Source: Felis catus (lineage: Eukaryota). Taken from it: a stretch of DNA of 64,000 nucleotides. Positions 49,920 through 62,190 of this stretch are shown here, piece after piece; position 1 is the first letter of the stretch, and every line of letters starts with the position of its first letter. The notes under the pieces were generated by a model that was given only the letters and a program-made list of their open reading frames with translations, did not search any database and had not been told where the DNA came from. The stretch covers positions 228,906,001 through 228,970,000 of the forward strand of contig NC_058368.1 of NCBI RefSeq assembly GCF_018350175.1, in the 5' to 3' direction. Position numbers and translations under genes: made by a program.

Positions 49920-50105
49920 TATAAGATGTCCTAACTCCTGGCACCTGATATTGGACAGATGAGGTTAATAGCAGTTTATTAGTCACATATACTCATAGCC
50001 AAGGGCAGCAGGACAAGGTTTATGGAAGGCAGCTTTATAGTAGCAAGAGGATGAGGAGTCCCTGGTTCCCACAAAAAGATATGGTTGGCTTGTTGGAACA
50101 ATATT
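49920..50105 (-). mobile_element. ERVL-class LTR fragment (MER76/MER54-like)
   Basis: acctgatattggacagatgag...cagtttattagtcacatatactca, cctggttcccac. Confidence 0.55.
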
Positions 50106-50289
50106 GAAGCACGTATTTTTGTCTTCCAAGTTTCCTGAAGTGACATTTTCCTAACTGGTTTGCTGCTAACTAACACAAGGTACCATTTTATACTCTCTTA
50201 TAGGAGTTTTCTTTGACACACGCCACTTGTTTCCAAAGTTAATAGTACATATTTTAAGTTTGCATAAGAAAGAACCACTCCACTCCTAA

Positions 50290-50776
50290 GAACGTTCTAT
50301 TATGCAACCATGCCTTCTGTGAAACAAACCGCTTCAATGCTCAGTATTTGTAAGCAACATGTATTAGTTTTCAATTGTGGGCAGTGGATTCCTTGGCTTG
50401 GGTAGGCTGGATTTCAGGATCTGGGCTCCTGATTCTGGGTTCTGAGTTCAGGCCTGCTGCACATATCCATCCTCCTTTTGGTCCAGCAATTAATTATAAT
50501 TTTATGCCCTTCTGATGGACAATGTCATGAGCACAACTAGGCAAGTGGAAACCCACGATGTCTCATGAGGGCTTGGCTAGGAAATGTCCCAGTGTCTCTT
50601 TCCACAGTCTATTGCCCAAACAAACCACACTGACAATGCCTTCACCAATGGAACAAAAATATACAATCCACCTCTGGTATCAAGAACTGTAAAGTCACAT
50701 GAAAAAGGGCAAGCATGTAATTTCAAGGCAGGAAGAACACAGAGAATGACAATAAGTGATTGTATATGCCATCATA
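50290..50776 (-). mobile_element. MLT1 (I/J-like) LTR
   Basis: ttcaggcctgctgcacat, ggcaagtggaaaccca, ctattgcccaaacaaaccaca, aactgtaaagtcacatg. Confidence 0.65.
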
Positions 50777-51074
50777 ATTCTGGGCATTAGTTTGAAAATT
50801 TTAAATTTTTAAAGGAGAACTGGGTTAGTGAAACAGAGTAATATGTGCATGCTTAAGGGCATATAAGAAATTGGATTCCAGTCCTAAAAATGTTTATAAG
50901 AAAAACAAAGGATACAGTCTCATAAAATATGTGTATGACAAAAAAAAAAGATTCAAGAAGCAGAGTTAAAGCTGAAAAAACAGTAATTTCAGACAAAAAA
51001 TGAACAGTTTTTGTCTATATTCTGCCTTCCATTATCTTTTTAAATGTATATTCTATTTATAATATTGCCTTACC

Positions 51075-51270
51075 AGGGTTTAGGGATGCTTAAGATCATC
51101 TTGGATCTCATGACTTTTTGTGGACAAAGGACTGTCTGTACATTATGGGAGGCCTAGCAACAGTCCTAGCCTCTACCTACTAGATGACAAATGTACCCTA
51201 TCGGTCTTGACTTAAAAATATATCCAAATGTTGACCATTGCCTTTTAGGGACTAAACAAGGTGATCTGAT
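51075..51270 (+). mobile_element. MER20-like hAT MITE
   Basis: ggactgtctgtacatt...gcctctacctactagatg...aaaaatatatccaaatgttg. Confidence 0.65.
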
Positions 51271-51555
51271 ATAAATATATGAGATATCACTAGAAAACAT
51301 ATTGATGTATACAAATATTTATATAGCTCAGAAAATATATACGTACACATTGCATACATGTATATACTTATGTATGCACACATTTCTTATACGCATAGAT
51401 GCATATGCATATAAGATACGTTATGTGTATACATACCTATATGTATAAACATTTACGCATGTATGCTAAACTAAAAGTTTCTCATTGCTGTTGGTTTTGG
51501 TAATGATAATGATGTTGCTTTTGCTACTTTTGAGGAATTATTAAGAATTAGGAGA

Positions 51556-51781
51556 GGGGCGCCTGGGTGGCTCAGTCAGTTAAGCGTCCGACTTCAGCTC
51601 AGTTAATGATGTCACGGTTCATGGGTTCGAGCCCCGTGTTAGACTCTGTGCTGACAGCTTGGAGCCTGGAAACTTCTTCAGATTCTGTGTCTCCCTCTCT
51701 CTCTGCTCCTACCCCACTCTCTGTCTCTGTCTCTCTCTCTCAAAAATAAACAAACATTAAAAAAATTCTTTTCTTTAAGAA
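51556..51781 (+). mobile_element. CAN-SINE
   Basis: TSD aagaattaggaga on both sides. Confidence 0.96.
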
Positions 51782-52643
51782 AAGAATTAGGAGAAGATGA
51801 TGATAAATAGCAGGTAATATTTCCTTAGAAAAGAATATTAATCAAATGCAAACTTGACAACAGTGGATTCTGAATAATAATTTGAAGTTTTCAATATGCT
51901 CCAAAGTGTGGAACAATAGAATTAAAGTATCTAAAAAAGCCATTTAAACCTGTTTAAAATCCATAATATAAACATCAAAAGGGAAAAATACAGTTTGCTA
52001 ATAGATGACTATGGCTAATTAAATATAACAGATGTTCAATATAAATGATCAATAAATAACTCATTACTAAGGAGTGGAGACTTCAGATAAGTCACAGGTT
52101 TTGAAATATATGAATACTTTTAGAATAATTCTTTAATAGGTGCATTAAAAATAAACTTATAAGAAACACTATAAGAGTTACTTAATGAATTTTAAAATCT
52201 ATGTATGATATACACTGGTTTGAGAGCATGTGAATTAAAATTAAAAATATACCTTGAACTATTAACATAAGAGTAGAGACTAATATATATTAAATGCTAT
52301 ATTAAACAAAGCTAATTTATGGGTCCCTACATTAGTCAGAGTTCGCCAAATACAGAGAATCAATACTTCTAACAATCTATTATAAGAAATTGGCTTACAT
52401 GATTATGAAGACTAAAAAGTCTTAAGGTCTGTCCTGGGCTAGCTGGAGACCCAGGAGAACTAATGGTGTAGTTCCAGTAAAGTCCAAGGGCCTGAGAATA
52501 GGAAAGCTGATGCTATATAGCTACAGTCCAAAGGCCTTCAGCCTCAACATCCGGGAAGAGCCAATGTGACAGCTCAAGTCTGAAGGCAGGGAAAAGCAGG
52601 TCTCCAGCTGGAAGGTTGCTAGACAAGACAGATTCCTTTTCTT

Positions 52644-54308
52644 AAAAATTTTATTTAAATTTTAGTTAACATACAGTGCAATATTGGTTTCAAGAGTAGA
52701 ATTCAGTGATTCATCACTTACATGCAACACCCAGTGCTCATCACAAGTGTTCTCCTTAGTACCCATCATTCAGCTAGTCCATTTCCCACCCACTGCTCTT
52801 CATTAGCCCATAGTTTGTTCTCTATCATTAAAAGTCTCTTGTGGTTTGTTTCTCTTCTCTTCCCTGACTCTCCCTCCTTCCCATATGTTCATCTGTTTTG
52901 TTTCTTAAATTCTACATTATGGATGAAATCATATGGTATTTGTCTTTCTCTGATGGAATTATTTGACTTAGTCTAATGCATTCTAGCTCCATTAATGTCA
53001 TAGCAAATAGCAAGATTTCATTCTTTTGGATGGCTGAGTAATATTCCATTGTATATACATACTACATCTTCTATATCCATTCATCAGTCAGTGAATGTTT
53101 GGGCTTTCTCCATAGTGTAATTATTGCTGATAATGTTGCTATAAACATTAGGGTGCATGTACTCCTTTGAATCTGTATTTTTGTATCCTTTGGTAAATAT
53201 CTACTAGTTCAATTGCTGGATCGTAGGGTAGTTCAATTTTTAGTTTCGTGAGGAACGTTTGTACTATTTTCCAGAGTAGTTGCACCAGTTTGCGTTCCCA
53301 TCTGCAGTGCAGGAGGGTTCCCTTTCCTCCACATCCTCGCCAACACAAGTTGTTTCTTGTGTTGTTAATTTTAACCATTCTGATGGGTATGAGGTGGTAT
53401 CTAATTGTGGTTTTGATATGTATTTCTCTGATGATGAGTGATGGTGAGCATTTTTTGATGTGTCTGTTAGCCATCTGGATGTCTTCTTTGAAAAATGTCT
53501 GTTCATGTCTTCTGTCCATTTCTTAACTGGATTATTTGTTTTTTGCATGCTGAGTTTGGTTAAGTTCTTTATAGATTTTGGATACTAACCTTTTACCAGA
53601 TATGCCATTTGCAAATATCTTCTCTCATTCCATAGGCTGCATTTTAGTTTTATTGTTTCCTTTGCTGTGCAGAAGCTTTTGATCTTGGTGAAGTCCCAAT
53701 AGTTCATTTTTGCTTTTGTTTCCCTTGCCTCTGTGTGTCTAGTCAGAAATTGCTATGGCTGAGGCCAGAGAGGTTATTACCTGTTTTCTCCTCGAAGGTT
53801 TTGATGGTTTCCTGTCTCACATTTAGGTCTTTCATCCATTTTGAGTTTGTCTATGGTGTAAGAAAGTGGTCCAGGTTCATTCTTCTGCATGTTGCTGTCC
53901 AGTTCTCCCAGCACCATTTGTTGAAGAGATTGTCTTTTTTTCTGTTGGATATTCTTTTCTGGTTTGCTGAAGATTAGTTGGCCAAATATTTGTAGGTCCA
54001 TTTCTGAGTTCTCTGTTCGGTTCCATTGGCCTCTGTGTCTGTTTTGTGCCAATCATACTGTCTTGATGATTGCAGCTTTGTAATAGAATTTGATACCTGG
54101 AATCATGATGCCTTCAGTTTTGTTTTTCTTTTTCAACATTACTTTGGCTATTTGGGGTCTTTTGTAGTTCCATACAAATTTTAGGATTGTTTGTTCTAGA
54201 TCTTCAAAAAACGCAGGTTGTACTTTGATAGGATTGCATTAAATGTGTAGATTTTAAATGTACTTTGATTTAATTGCATTAAATGTGTAGATTTCTTTGG
54301 GTATTACA
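52644..54308 (-). mobile_element. Carnivore/felid L1, 5'-truncated (3'UTR plus broken ORF2 C-terminal region)
   Basis: ORF-track peptides [15 protein letters not shown]..., [25 protein letters not shown] are ORF2 C-terminal; TSD aagacagattccttttctt / aagagagattctttttatt. Confidence 0.95.
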
Positions 54309-54333
54309 GAAGAGAGATTCTTTTTATTCAGGG

Positions 54334-54840
54334 TGTGAGAAATAAGTCCACTGACCCAATAAAAGGAGGGACGTGAAGACTTGGAGCACAGTGAAATGAG
54401 GCTTTAATCAACGTTCTCTCAAGGGCAGGTGTTTGATGGACAGGCACACTTGGGTCGCTTGCAGCAGGCAATTTGTCTTCTAACATACAAGTTGCTCCCC
54501 CGATTCCTCATTGGCTGAGTACCACAGAGGTTACAGCCTTTCCCGGAAGTCACCTATGCCCATGTAAGACAAAAGTAGTCTGATTGGAACAAATGTCCAT
54601 TCTTTGAGGTAACACGGACTTTATTTTTTTGGTGCATGCTCATTGCAAAGCCGGTGAAATATAAACCTGTGAAATGGAGAGGAGTAGACAAACCAGGAAG
54701 TGAAGTGTCTAAGGGTTTGGGACTCCATTATTGGTGGGGGAGAGTTCGTACATATTTCCAATAGGTTGTAAACCTATTGTTAACTAGACAGCACGGCTAT
54801 CATTTGGTATTTCTGAAAATGAATCATCTCACTTCTCACA
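54334..54840 (-). mobile_element. ERV1-class solo LTR, 507 bp
   Basis: TG...CA ends with an 8-bp inverted repeat tgtgagaa/ttctcaca; 4-bp TSD aggg; minus-strand CCAAT boxes and ATTAAA near the 3' end. Confidence 0.85.
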
Positions 54841-56304
54841 AGGGGAGGGTCAGTCTTTTTATTTCATTCAGGAGTGTAACTAACTGGTGGAGGTCCATCC
54901 ATATTCAGGAGGGCAGTTGGCTTTACTCGGTCTACTGATTTAAATGTTAACTCATCAAAAAATACCCTGAAAAAAAAACCCACAAGAATAATGTTTGACC
55001 AAATATCTGGACACTCTCTTGCCCAGTCAAGCTGACAAATAAACTGTGACATCTCCTAGCAACATTTTTGGTTTGTTTGTGCTTATTATTTCCAGAAGCA
55101 AAGAAAACACAATAAACAAAACCCATTTCATATAAAATTCACTAGTGTAAGTATCTTAGCTCAGAGACCTAAAACAATTCATTTTTACTAACCTAAAGAT
55201 AATCTCAGGAAAAGGAAAGCATGTAACCAGATTGTGAGGATAAAGTTCACCTCCAGTATCATATGAACCGTCAAGGAATTTTGATGTGACCTGGCTTCCT
55301 GTTTTCTTTTCTTTGTTATTCACACGATATATTCTCTGAAATCAATAACTTGTCTCTGTTGTGTCTATTTCTTCTTTTCCTTATGCATATTTTCCAGAAT
55401 TTCAAAAATTTTAGTTACATGTTGAACCTGAAGGAACAACAATTTCCATTCTCTAAGCAGATTTGCATTTTAAGAGCCCTCCTTTGTTTTTTCTATGCCG
55501 TTCTGGAGCATGACTCTCTGTAGTTTTTCTTCTTAGCTTTCTAATTTGCTAAATTATTACCTATAAAGACTGAAAGGCAATGCAGTATTATTAAAATTAC
55601 CCAATTCAATTACTGATGTGTTTATAAATCCCTGTGAGTATTGCTGATACAACCCTCATTATCTTTAAATATTCTTACTTTGTAATCTCACTCAAATATG
55701 ATACTTGAGGCCAGTCATAGTGCTGGCTGTTTGGCTATTTCTCATGCGTTGCTGCTTTTGCTATTAAATTGTAAACATAAAACACATAATGGATATTAGT
55801 TTTCAACAATATCAACAATATCATAGACCTGTGTGCATATGTAAATGCTTTCCTTTTTGTTTTGTTCTTCTTTTAGAATTTGACTTCTTCATGGAAGATC
55901 AGTGAGGATTAACAAAACATCTGTTATAAGATTTAGTGGGCAAAAACAGTCTTGCTATAACCTTGCTTCTTAATCACTGTGTAGTTCTCAACACATTTTT
56001 TGAAGAATTTAGTAATCTTATATCTCAAAATAATGACGAGTTTTTCTCCACCTTTGGCATGGTATGAAGCAGGAATTCAAAAACCATTCAAAAACTGTGT
56101 GCAGAGAAGGAGTTACATACGGAAGAATCTAACCACCTCTGTTTATCTAAAGCATCAACTATACGTTAATCATTGTAAATCACAACACCCTTGACTACAA
56201 AGGAGCTTACTTAAATGCCTCTTCATTTTATATTTGGTATTAAAAGAAAATAAGCAATCAAGATGAAATACTTAAAATAACAGCTAAAAGTTTCTCTCTT
56301 TAAG

Positions 56305-56660
56305 ATCACTGATTCTTAGCCATGTTAAGTCTACTGATGAGCTCACTGAAGCCATTCTTTATTTTTCTTACTCTTTTTGATTTCTAGAATTTCTTTTGAT
56401 TCTGAGTTTCCATCTCTTTGCGTACATTATCCATCTGTGCTTACATGTTGTGCGCATTTTCATTTAGAACCTTGAACATATTAATCACGGTTATTTTAAA
56501 TACTATATCTGATAATTCCAACATCTTTGTCATAGCTGATTTGGGTTTTAAGGATGGTTTCATGTCTCCAGAATGTTTTTCTTGCATCTTGCCACGTTTT
56601 GTTTTTGTTGACACTGGACCTGTTAGGAACTGAGATAAACTGTCCTTTAGGATGACGTTT
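56305..56660 (-). mobile_element. Old L1M 5'/ORF1-region fragment
   Basis: agtctactgatgagc, gtttccatctct, catattaatcacggttattttaaat, tctgataattccaacatct. Confidence 0.7.
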
Positions 56661-56942
56661 TATGAGTGTGAAGTATGAGTTTTTAAATATTTTTTAAAAA
56701 ATAAGTTTAAGTGTCTGAATTATTTTTAATAAAGGTATATCATTCACAAACGATCAGGTACATTAAGTAGCCAAAAAATATATATACGATGACCTTTTTG
56801 TGTTGGCTTTCTGTCGCTTATAATGTAATGTACTAAAAACATTGATCTTTTCATGTTGATATTCTTTTATTAAATGTAGCTGCCTAAGTAGATTATCATG
56901 AAACTTAAAATAATAATAATTTAGTTAAAAATTATCATAAGA

Positions 56943-57165
56943 GGGGCGCCTGGGTGGCTCAGTCGGTTAAGTGTCTGACTTCAGCTCAGGTCATGATCTC
57001 ACACTCCGTGAGTTCAAGCCCCGCGTCCGGCTCTCTGCTGACAGCTCAGAGCCTGGAGCCTGCTTCAGATTCTGTGTCTCCCCCTCTCTCTGCCCCTCCC
57101 CTGCTCATGCTCTGTCTCTCTCTGTCTCAAAAGTAAAAATAAAAACATTAAAAAATTTTTAAATA
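56943..57165 (+). mobile_element. CAN-SINE
   Basis: TSD aaaaattatcataaga / aaaaattattataaga. Confidence 0.96.
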
Positions 57166-57210
57166 AAAAATTATTATAAGAAATAACTTAGTTAAAAATC
57201 TACCTGCAGA

Positions 57211-57433
57211 GGGGCACCTGGGTGGTGCAGTCAGTTAAGCGTCCGACTTCAGCCAGGTCACGATCTCGCGGATCGGGAGTTCGAGCCCCGCGTCGGGCTC
57301 TGGGCTGATGGCTCAGAGCCTGGAGCCTGTTTCCGATTCTGTGTCTCCCTCTCTCTCTCTGCCCCTCCCCCATTCATGCTCTGTCTCTCTCTGTCCCAAA
57401 AATAAATAAAAACGTTGAAAAAAAAATTAAAAA
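57211..57433 (+). mobile_element. CAN-SINE, youngest subfamily
   Basis: cttcagccaggtcacgatctcgcgg; perfect TSD aaaaatctacctgcaga. Confidence 0.97.
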
Positions 57434-57618
57434 AAAAATCTACCTGCAGAAATTATTTGCAAGGCCAGCATTTGGATTTTATTTTGCAACATTCACTGTA
57501 GTAAAAAAATTGAACAACTTTGATCAAGTAGCACAGGTAAGTACTGTTAGTGATTTAATGATGTGATATCTAGAATAATTTGCCCACAAGGTATTTCCAT
57601 CCTTAAATTCCTAAATGA

Positions 57619-58001
57619 TACTACTTGGCAATGAGAAAGAATGAATCCAGCCATTTGCAGCCACGTGGATGGAACTGGAGGGTATTATGCTAAAAGTGAA
57701 AAAAAGTCAATCAGAGAAAGACAGATACCGTATGTTTTCACTCATATGTGGACCTTGAGAAACTTAACAGAAGACCATGGGGGAGGGAAGGGGAAAAAAA
57801 AAGTTACAAACAGAGAGAGAGGAAGGCAAATCACAAGAGATTCTTAAGTACAGAGAACAAACTGAGGGTCAACGGGGGGGGGGGGGGGGGCCGGGCGCGG
57901 GTAGCAGAGAGCGGAAAATGGGTGATGGGCATTGAAGAAGGCACTTGTTGGGATGAGCACCGGGTGTTATACGGAAGCCAATCTGACAAATTAAATTAAA
58001 A
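57619..58001 (+). mobile_element. Felid L1 5'-truncated 3' end
   Basis: tggatggaactggagggtattatgcta, gagaaacttaacagaagaccatgggg, gggatgagcac; TSD aaattcctaaat. Confidence 0.93.
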
Positions 58002-58539
58002 AAATTCCTAAATAAACTAGATATATCTTATTACATTCAATTGCTACATTGGGATCCTGTTTCAATATAATTTTGGTTAATTTATAATTCATACAGGAAT
58101 TACAGGAAACAGGAAAAATCTTCAGGTATGTTTCCATTTTATATAATTGGAATTTGAGACTTGAGTTGAAATCGCTTACGATTTGTTTGCACCATTTTGC
58201 ATTGTTTTTTTAGGGATTTTTTTTTTACTAATTAGTAGTTATTCAAATTATATTTCTGAAATAACACAGGAAAACATCTCATATGTAATTTTGCATTCAG
58301 ATCCCATGTTGCCATACTCTAATTGTAATACCAACCAAATTCCGTTCAGTCAACATTTAACAAACAATTATAGGTTGTCCACTAGTTCCAGATATTGTGA
58401 TAAGATTTGGACATACAGATGCTAACAGCAGAGAAAAAAAGAGAGGTACACATAGATACAAAAGTGGAGGTACTGGTAGGTATAAAGACAGGTATAGGTA
58501 TATCTCTACATATACTTTTATTTCCAATCTTCACTCATG

Positions 58540-59455
58540 AACTTACCCCTCAGCCCTGTTCTTCTTACATCCTGTCTATTCTCAATAAATGGTAACAACT
58601 CTTCAGTTGCTTTTACCAGATATATGAGTCATTTTTGCCTCACTTACTCCCCACACACCTCACAGTCTACCAGCAAAACTTCTTGGCAATAAAATACTTT
58701 CCAAATATATTCAGAATTCAGCCTGTTCTAACCACCCAGCCATTATTACCCAAGTCAATGTTGACATTATTCTTCACTTGACAAATTGAAATGACCTCAT
58801 CACTGGTCTTTCTGGGTCAATCCCCTCACCCCCGTTTCCTGGTCCACTGCCTACACAGCAGGCAGAGGAATCCCATAAAAGAGAAGACACACAAGTCTGT
58901 CGGCTCAAAATACTGCAGTGGCTTTCCAATTTACTGAGTCAAATCTCCACCATGGAAGACTCCTTGCCCTTCCTTCCTTCTACTCTAACTTTATCTCTCC
59001 TATCACTCCCTTCTCAAATTCTAAACACTGTAGTCTCTTCATATCTTTCCTTTGACATGCTAAGCAATGCTTTTTCTTCAGGGTCTTTGCACCCCTTGCT
59101 TGGAGCATCCTTCCTCAGCTGTTCATGTGTCATGAGTATCCTTACCTTTTTCAAGTATTTTCTCAGTTTTGCCTCAATTAGACCAACACAGTCCAGTACA
59201 TTTAAATTTGAAACCACCTACCTGGAGCCCTTCCTCTTGCCCATTTCATTTCCCCATAGTACTGATTGTCATCTAACACAGTATATATGTTACACTTTTG
59301 AGTTTATCACTCGTCTCTCCACTCTTGAGTAGAAGCTAGAAAGTAGGGAATGTTGTTTTATCAGTTCAGGGAAGTTGCTACAAAACTTGGGAAAATGGCC
59401 AGCCCTAGTTAAGTTACATAAAAAAATACTTGATTCATTTGTTGATTGAATAAAC
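58540..59455 (+). mobile_element. L2a 3' region
   Basis: ctcaataaatggtaaca, cctcatcactggtct, cacagcaggcagagg, ctcaaaatactgcagtggcttt, end atttgttgattgaataaa. Confidence 0.75.
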
Positions 59456-60925
59456 ATATATAGAAAGTTATAATTATAACTATATAGTATATTTCTATAT
59501 TTATGAATGTTTTCATTCCCAATTTTTATTTTTTAAGTCAGTTAAAAGTAAATACTGAATGCATGAAAACTGAATTAAAAAGTAAAGATACTAATGGGTC
59601 TTTAAGACACATAAGTTATTCAGGAATTTTTGGAATGTCAGGCAACGTGATAGTAAACAGTGAGGAAGAAAACAGCACTAACCATCTAGCAAAAGTTGGA
59701 CTTACCACAATATTAAGATTGTTTTCATGTTAGTAGTAATTCATTTTAACAAAGTCTGAACTTTTATTAAACTGCAAATGCAGATATATACTTTATTCTA
59801 AATAAGTAGTGATCAACATATGTTTCTTTTGAAGTCATCCAAACTAATTAAGATCTTTGGTCATAAAAAGAAAGTTACAAATCTCAGACTTTTTCTGTCT
59901 AAACTCCCTTTGTAAGTTAGGAAGTAATTGAAGTAATTAAATCATTTTATCTTTAAGATGTGCTTACATGTATCCCACTTTCAAACATGGCGTAACATTT
60001 TGTGAACAAGTCTAGTGAATTAAGACTTTGCATCTATATACTACTTTTCAGGGAAAAATGAATGTGTACCCGAAGGCTGTCTGCAATAATGAATGCCCCT
60101 TATTTACAAATTATGCTGTCCCAAAAATGTTAAACAGTCTTCCAGAATTGTATGTCACAGTGACCAGCTTTTCAATGATCAAGTCTCATTTTTACAACAT
60201 CATAATTCAAAGGAAATACTTGTGCTTGTCTGACCTGCCATGCAGGAGATGGCCGATGAGCCCATGTTTAGTGCAAGGTGGTTGATGTCTTTGTAGGTTT
60301 GCAACGTAAATGAGCCCGCTCACTTCTACCAGGTAATGTGAAAGTAGGCTGATGAAGGCAACTGTGTTGAAGACCTCTTCATATAGATATAAACAACTAT
60401 CTATCTATCAAGGGGAAATATTAAGATTACATTCAACTATTTTCAATTTTCTATCTCAGATATAAAGACGACAATTCAGATTATGCAAACTCCACTTGTG
60501 CGTTTTCAAACCCTGCAGAATCCCAGGTAAAGTAATATTAATAGAGTACAATGTCCACATTTCATTTGTATATGCAACAAATGTCTTTTCATAGGCCAAA
60601 ATGATGTTAATAAACATCATCTACAAAACAATGCATTGTGAATTTTGCAAATACTCAAAAACAAATTTCTGAAAACAGAATTCACTTTTGATTTGATATT
60701 AAGTTCTGTGTGAGTGTATGACACAGTTTGGATTATTTCTTAAGTAACATTGTTAAATAATATGTGTATAGTAAAAGAATTTTAAAGGGCCAATTTGGGG
60801 CTATGTTAAAACAAAGCTAATGAGATTGGTCCCATAACCATATGATTACGTTTAACACTACCGCTAACAATGGTTAGGATAGTAAATTTTGTGTTGTTTA
60901 CCACAATTAAATTTGTTTGAATCCC

Positions 60926-61124
60926 TTTTTTTTCTTTTTTTATGTTTATTTTTTTTTGAGAGAGAGAGAGAACACGAGCAGAGGAAGGGCAGAGAGAGAG
61001 ACAGAGGAAAGCAAGCTCTGTGCTGAGAGCGGAGAGCTTGATGCAGGGCTCGAACTCACAAACCATGAGATCATGACCTGAGCTGAAGTGGGATGCTTAA
61101 CCAACTGAGCCACCCAGGTGCCCC
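60926..61124 (-). mobile_element. CAN-SINE
   Basis: gggctcgaactcacaaaccatgagatcatgacctgagc...gccacccaggtgcccc. Confidence 0.95.
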
Positions 61125-61194
61125 TAAACTTTTTGTTTGTTTGTTTTGTTTTGTTTTGTTTTTTTAATTGAAAGAGAGAGAGAGAGCGCACAAA

Positions 61195-61440
61195 AAAACA
61201 AGAAGAAAGACACAGACACATGGAGAGGAGGAGGCAATGGACCTCAGAGGCTGAATGGAGTCACCAGGATCTGGAAGGGGCAAAGAAGGATCCTCCAGTG
61301 GAGACTTCAAGAAAAGTACAGCCCTGCTGACAGTTTGAGTTTGGACTTCTGACCTCCAGAACTATAAGAAAATAAATTTCCGTAGTTTTAAGCTATGCAG
61401 TGTGTGATAATTTGCTGTGGCAGCCAAGGGCAATAACACA
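61195..61440 (+). mobile_element. MLT1B/C-like LTR 3' half
   Basis: cagccctgctgaca...ttggacttctgacctccagaact...aataaatttc...ttttaagc...ggcagcc. Confidence 0.8.
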
Positions 61441-61975
61441 CCGTTTAGACCCAACTTTGCTTGGATTAAATAGGAACAGGAAGTAATGAAAAATATATAA
61501 AGCAGCTCATTGAATAACTAGGATGGCTGGAGAACCACGTTGGAAAATAAGCATTTATCAAGAGAGACAGAGAAGCCAGGTCCACAGACCTAATCACGTG
61601 ATGGGAATTATCCAGAGAGAGGTTGGCACAGCCAGCATCACATGGCAGGCGAATTAGTGGACACAACCCCTGGTACTGTGACAGCATCAGCCTTTGGAAA
61701 ATGTCCCATGAGCTGCCACCCTCCTGTGGGGGATTCCTCAAAGGCAGTATCAGTTAATGAATAATCTCTGCTTATAACCAGAATGTCAAGTCATTTTATA
61801 AAATGAAATGAATTAGCCCAGCTTTCCACATCATGATAAATCACACCTGGGTAATAGTTCCTTACTATGGAATCTGTAAGAGAGTATTAACCTTGTAATT
61901 GTTGCAACTTATGTCAGTTTTGTACCCTTCCTAGACCTGAAAGTGAAACTAGTCTAATTTGAAATGTTCATATCT

Positions 61976-62190
61976 GGGGCACCTGGGTGGCTCAGTAGGT
62001 TAGGCGTCCGACTTCAACTCAGGTCATGATCTCATGGTTCCTGGGCTCCAGCCCAGTGTCAGGCTCTGTACTAACAGCATGGAGTCTGCTTGAGATTCCC
62101 TCTCTCTGTCTCTCTCTCTCTCTCTCTCTCCCTCTCTGCCCCCTCCCACTCATGATCTCTCTCTCAAAAATAAATAAAAGTTAAAAATTT
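61976..62190 (+). mobile_element. CAN-SINE
   Basis: TSD tttgaaatgttcatatct / tttgaaatggtcatatct. Confidence 0.95.

Larger units (their letters stand above)
52328..55055 (-). mobile_element. MLT2B-like ERVL LTR split by an L1 and an ERV1 LTR (pieces 52328-52643, 54310-54333, 54845-55055)
   Basis: tattataagaaattggcttacatgattatg, gctggagacccaggagaactaatggtgtagttccag; resumes gtctactgatttaaatgttaa, gaataatgtttgaccaaatatctgg, cccagtcaagctgaca. Confidence 0.85.

Noticed and set aside
53148..54052. ORFs with L1 ORF2-like peptides
   Set aside because: Frameshifted pieces of a 5'-truncated L1; no intact protein
10654..57162. Recurrent MAQSV.../MSDFGSG... ORFs (e.g. 10654, 16297, 21210, 41332, 51567, 56954)
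   Set aside because: Translations of CAN-SINE consensus sequence, not a gene family
3654..62190. tRNA-like A/B boxes
   Set aside because: All are SINE heads followed by a (CT)n region and/or A-tail; none is a standalone tRNA gene
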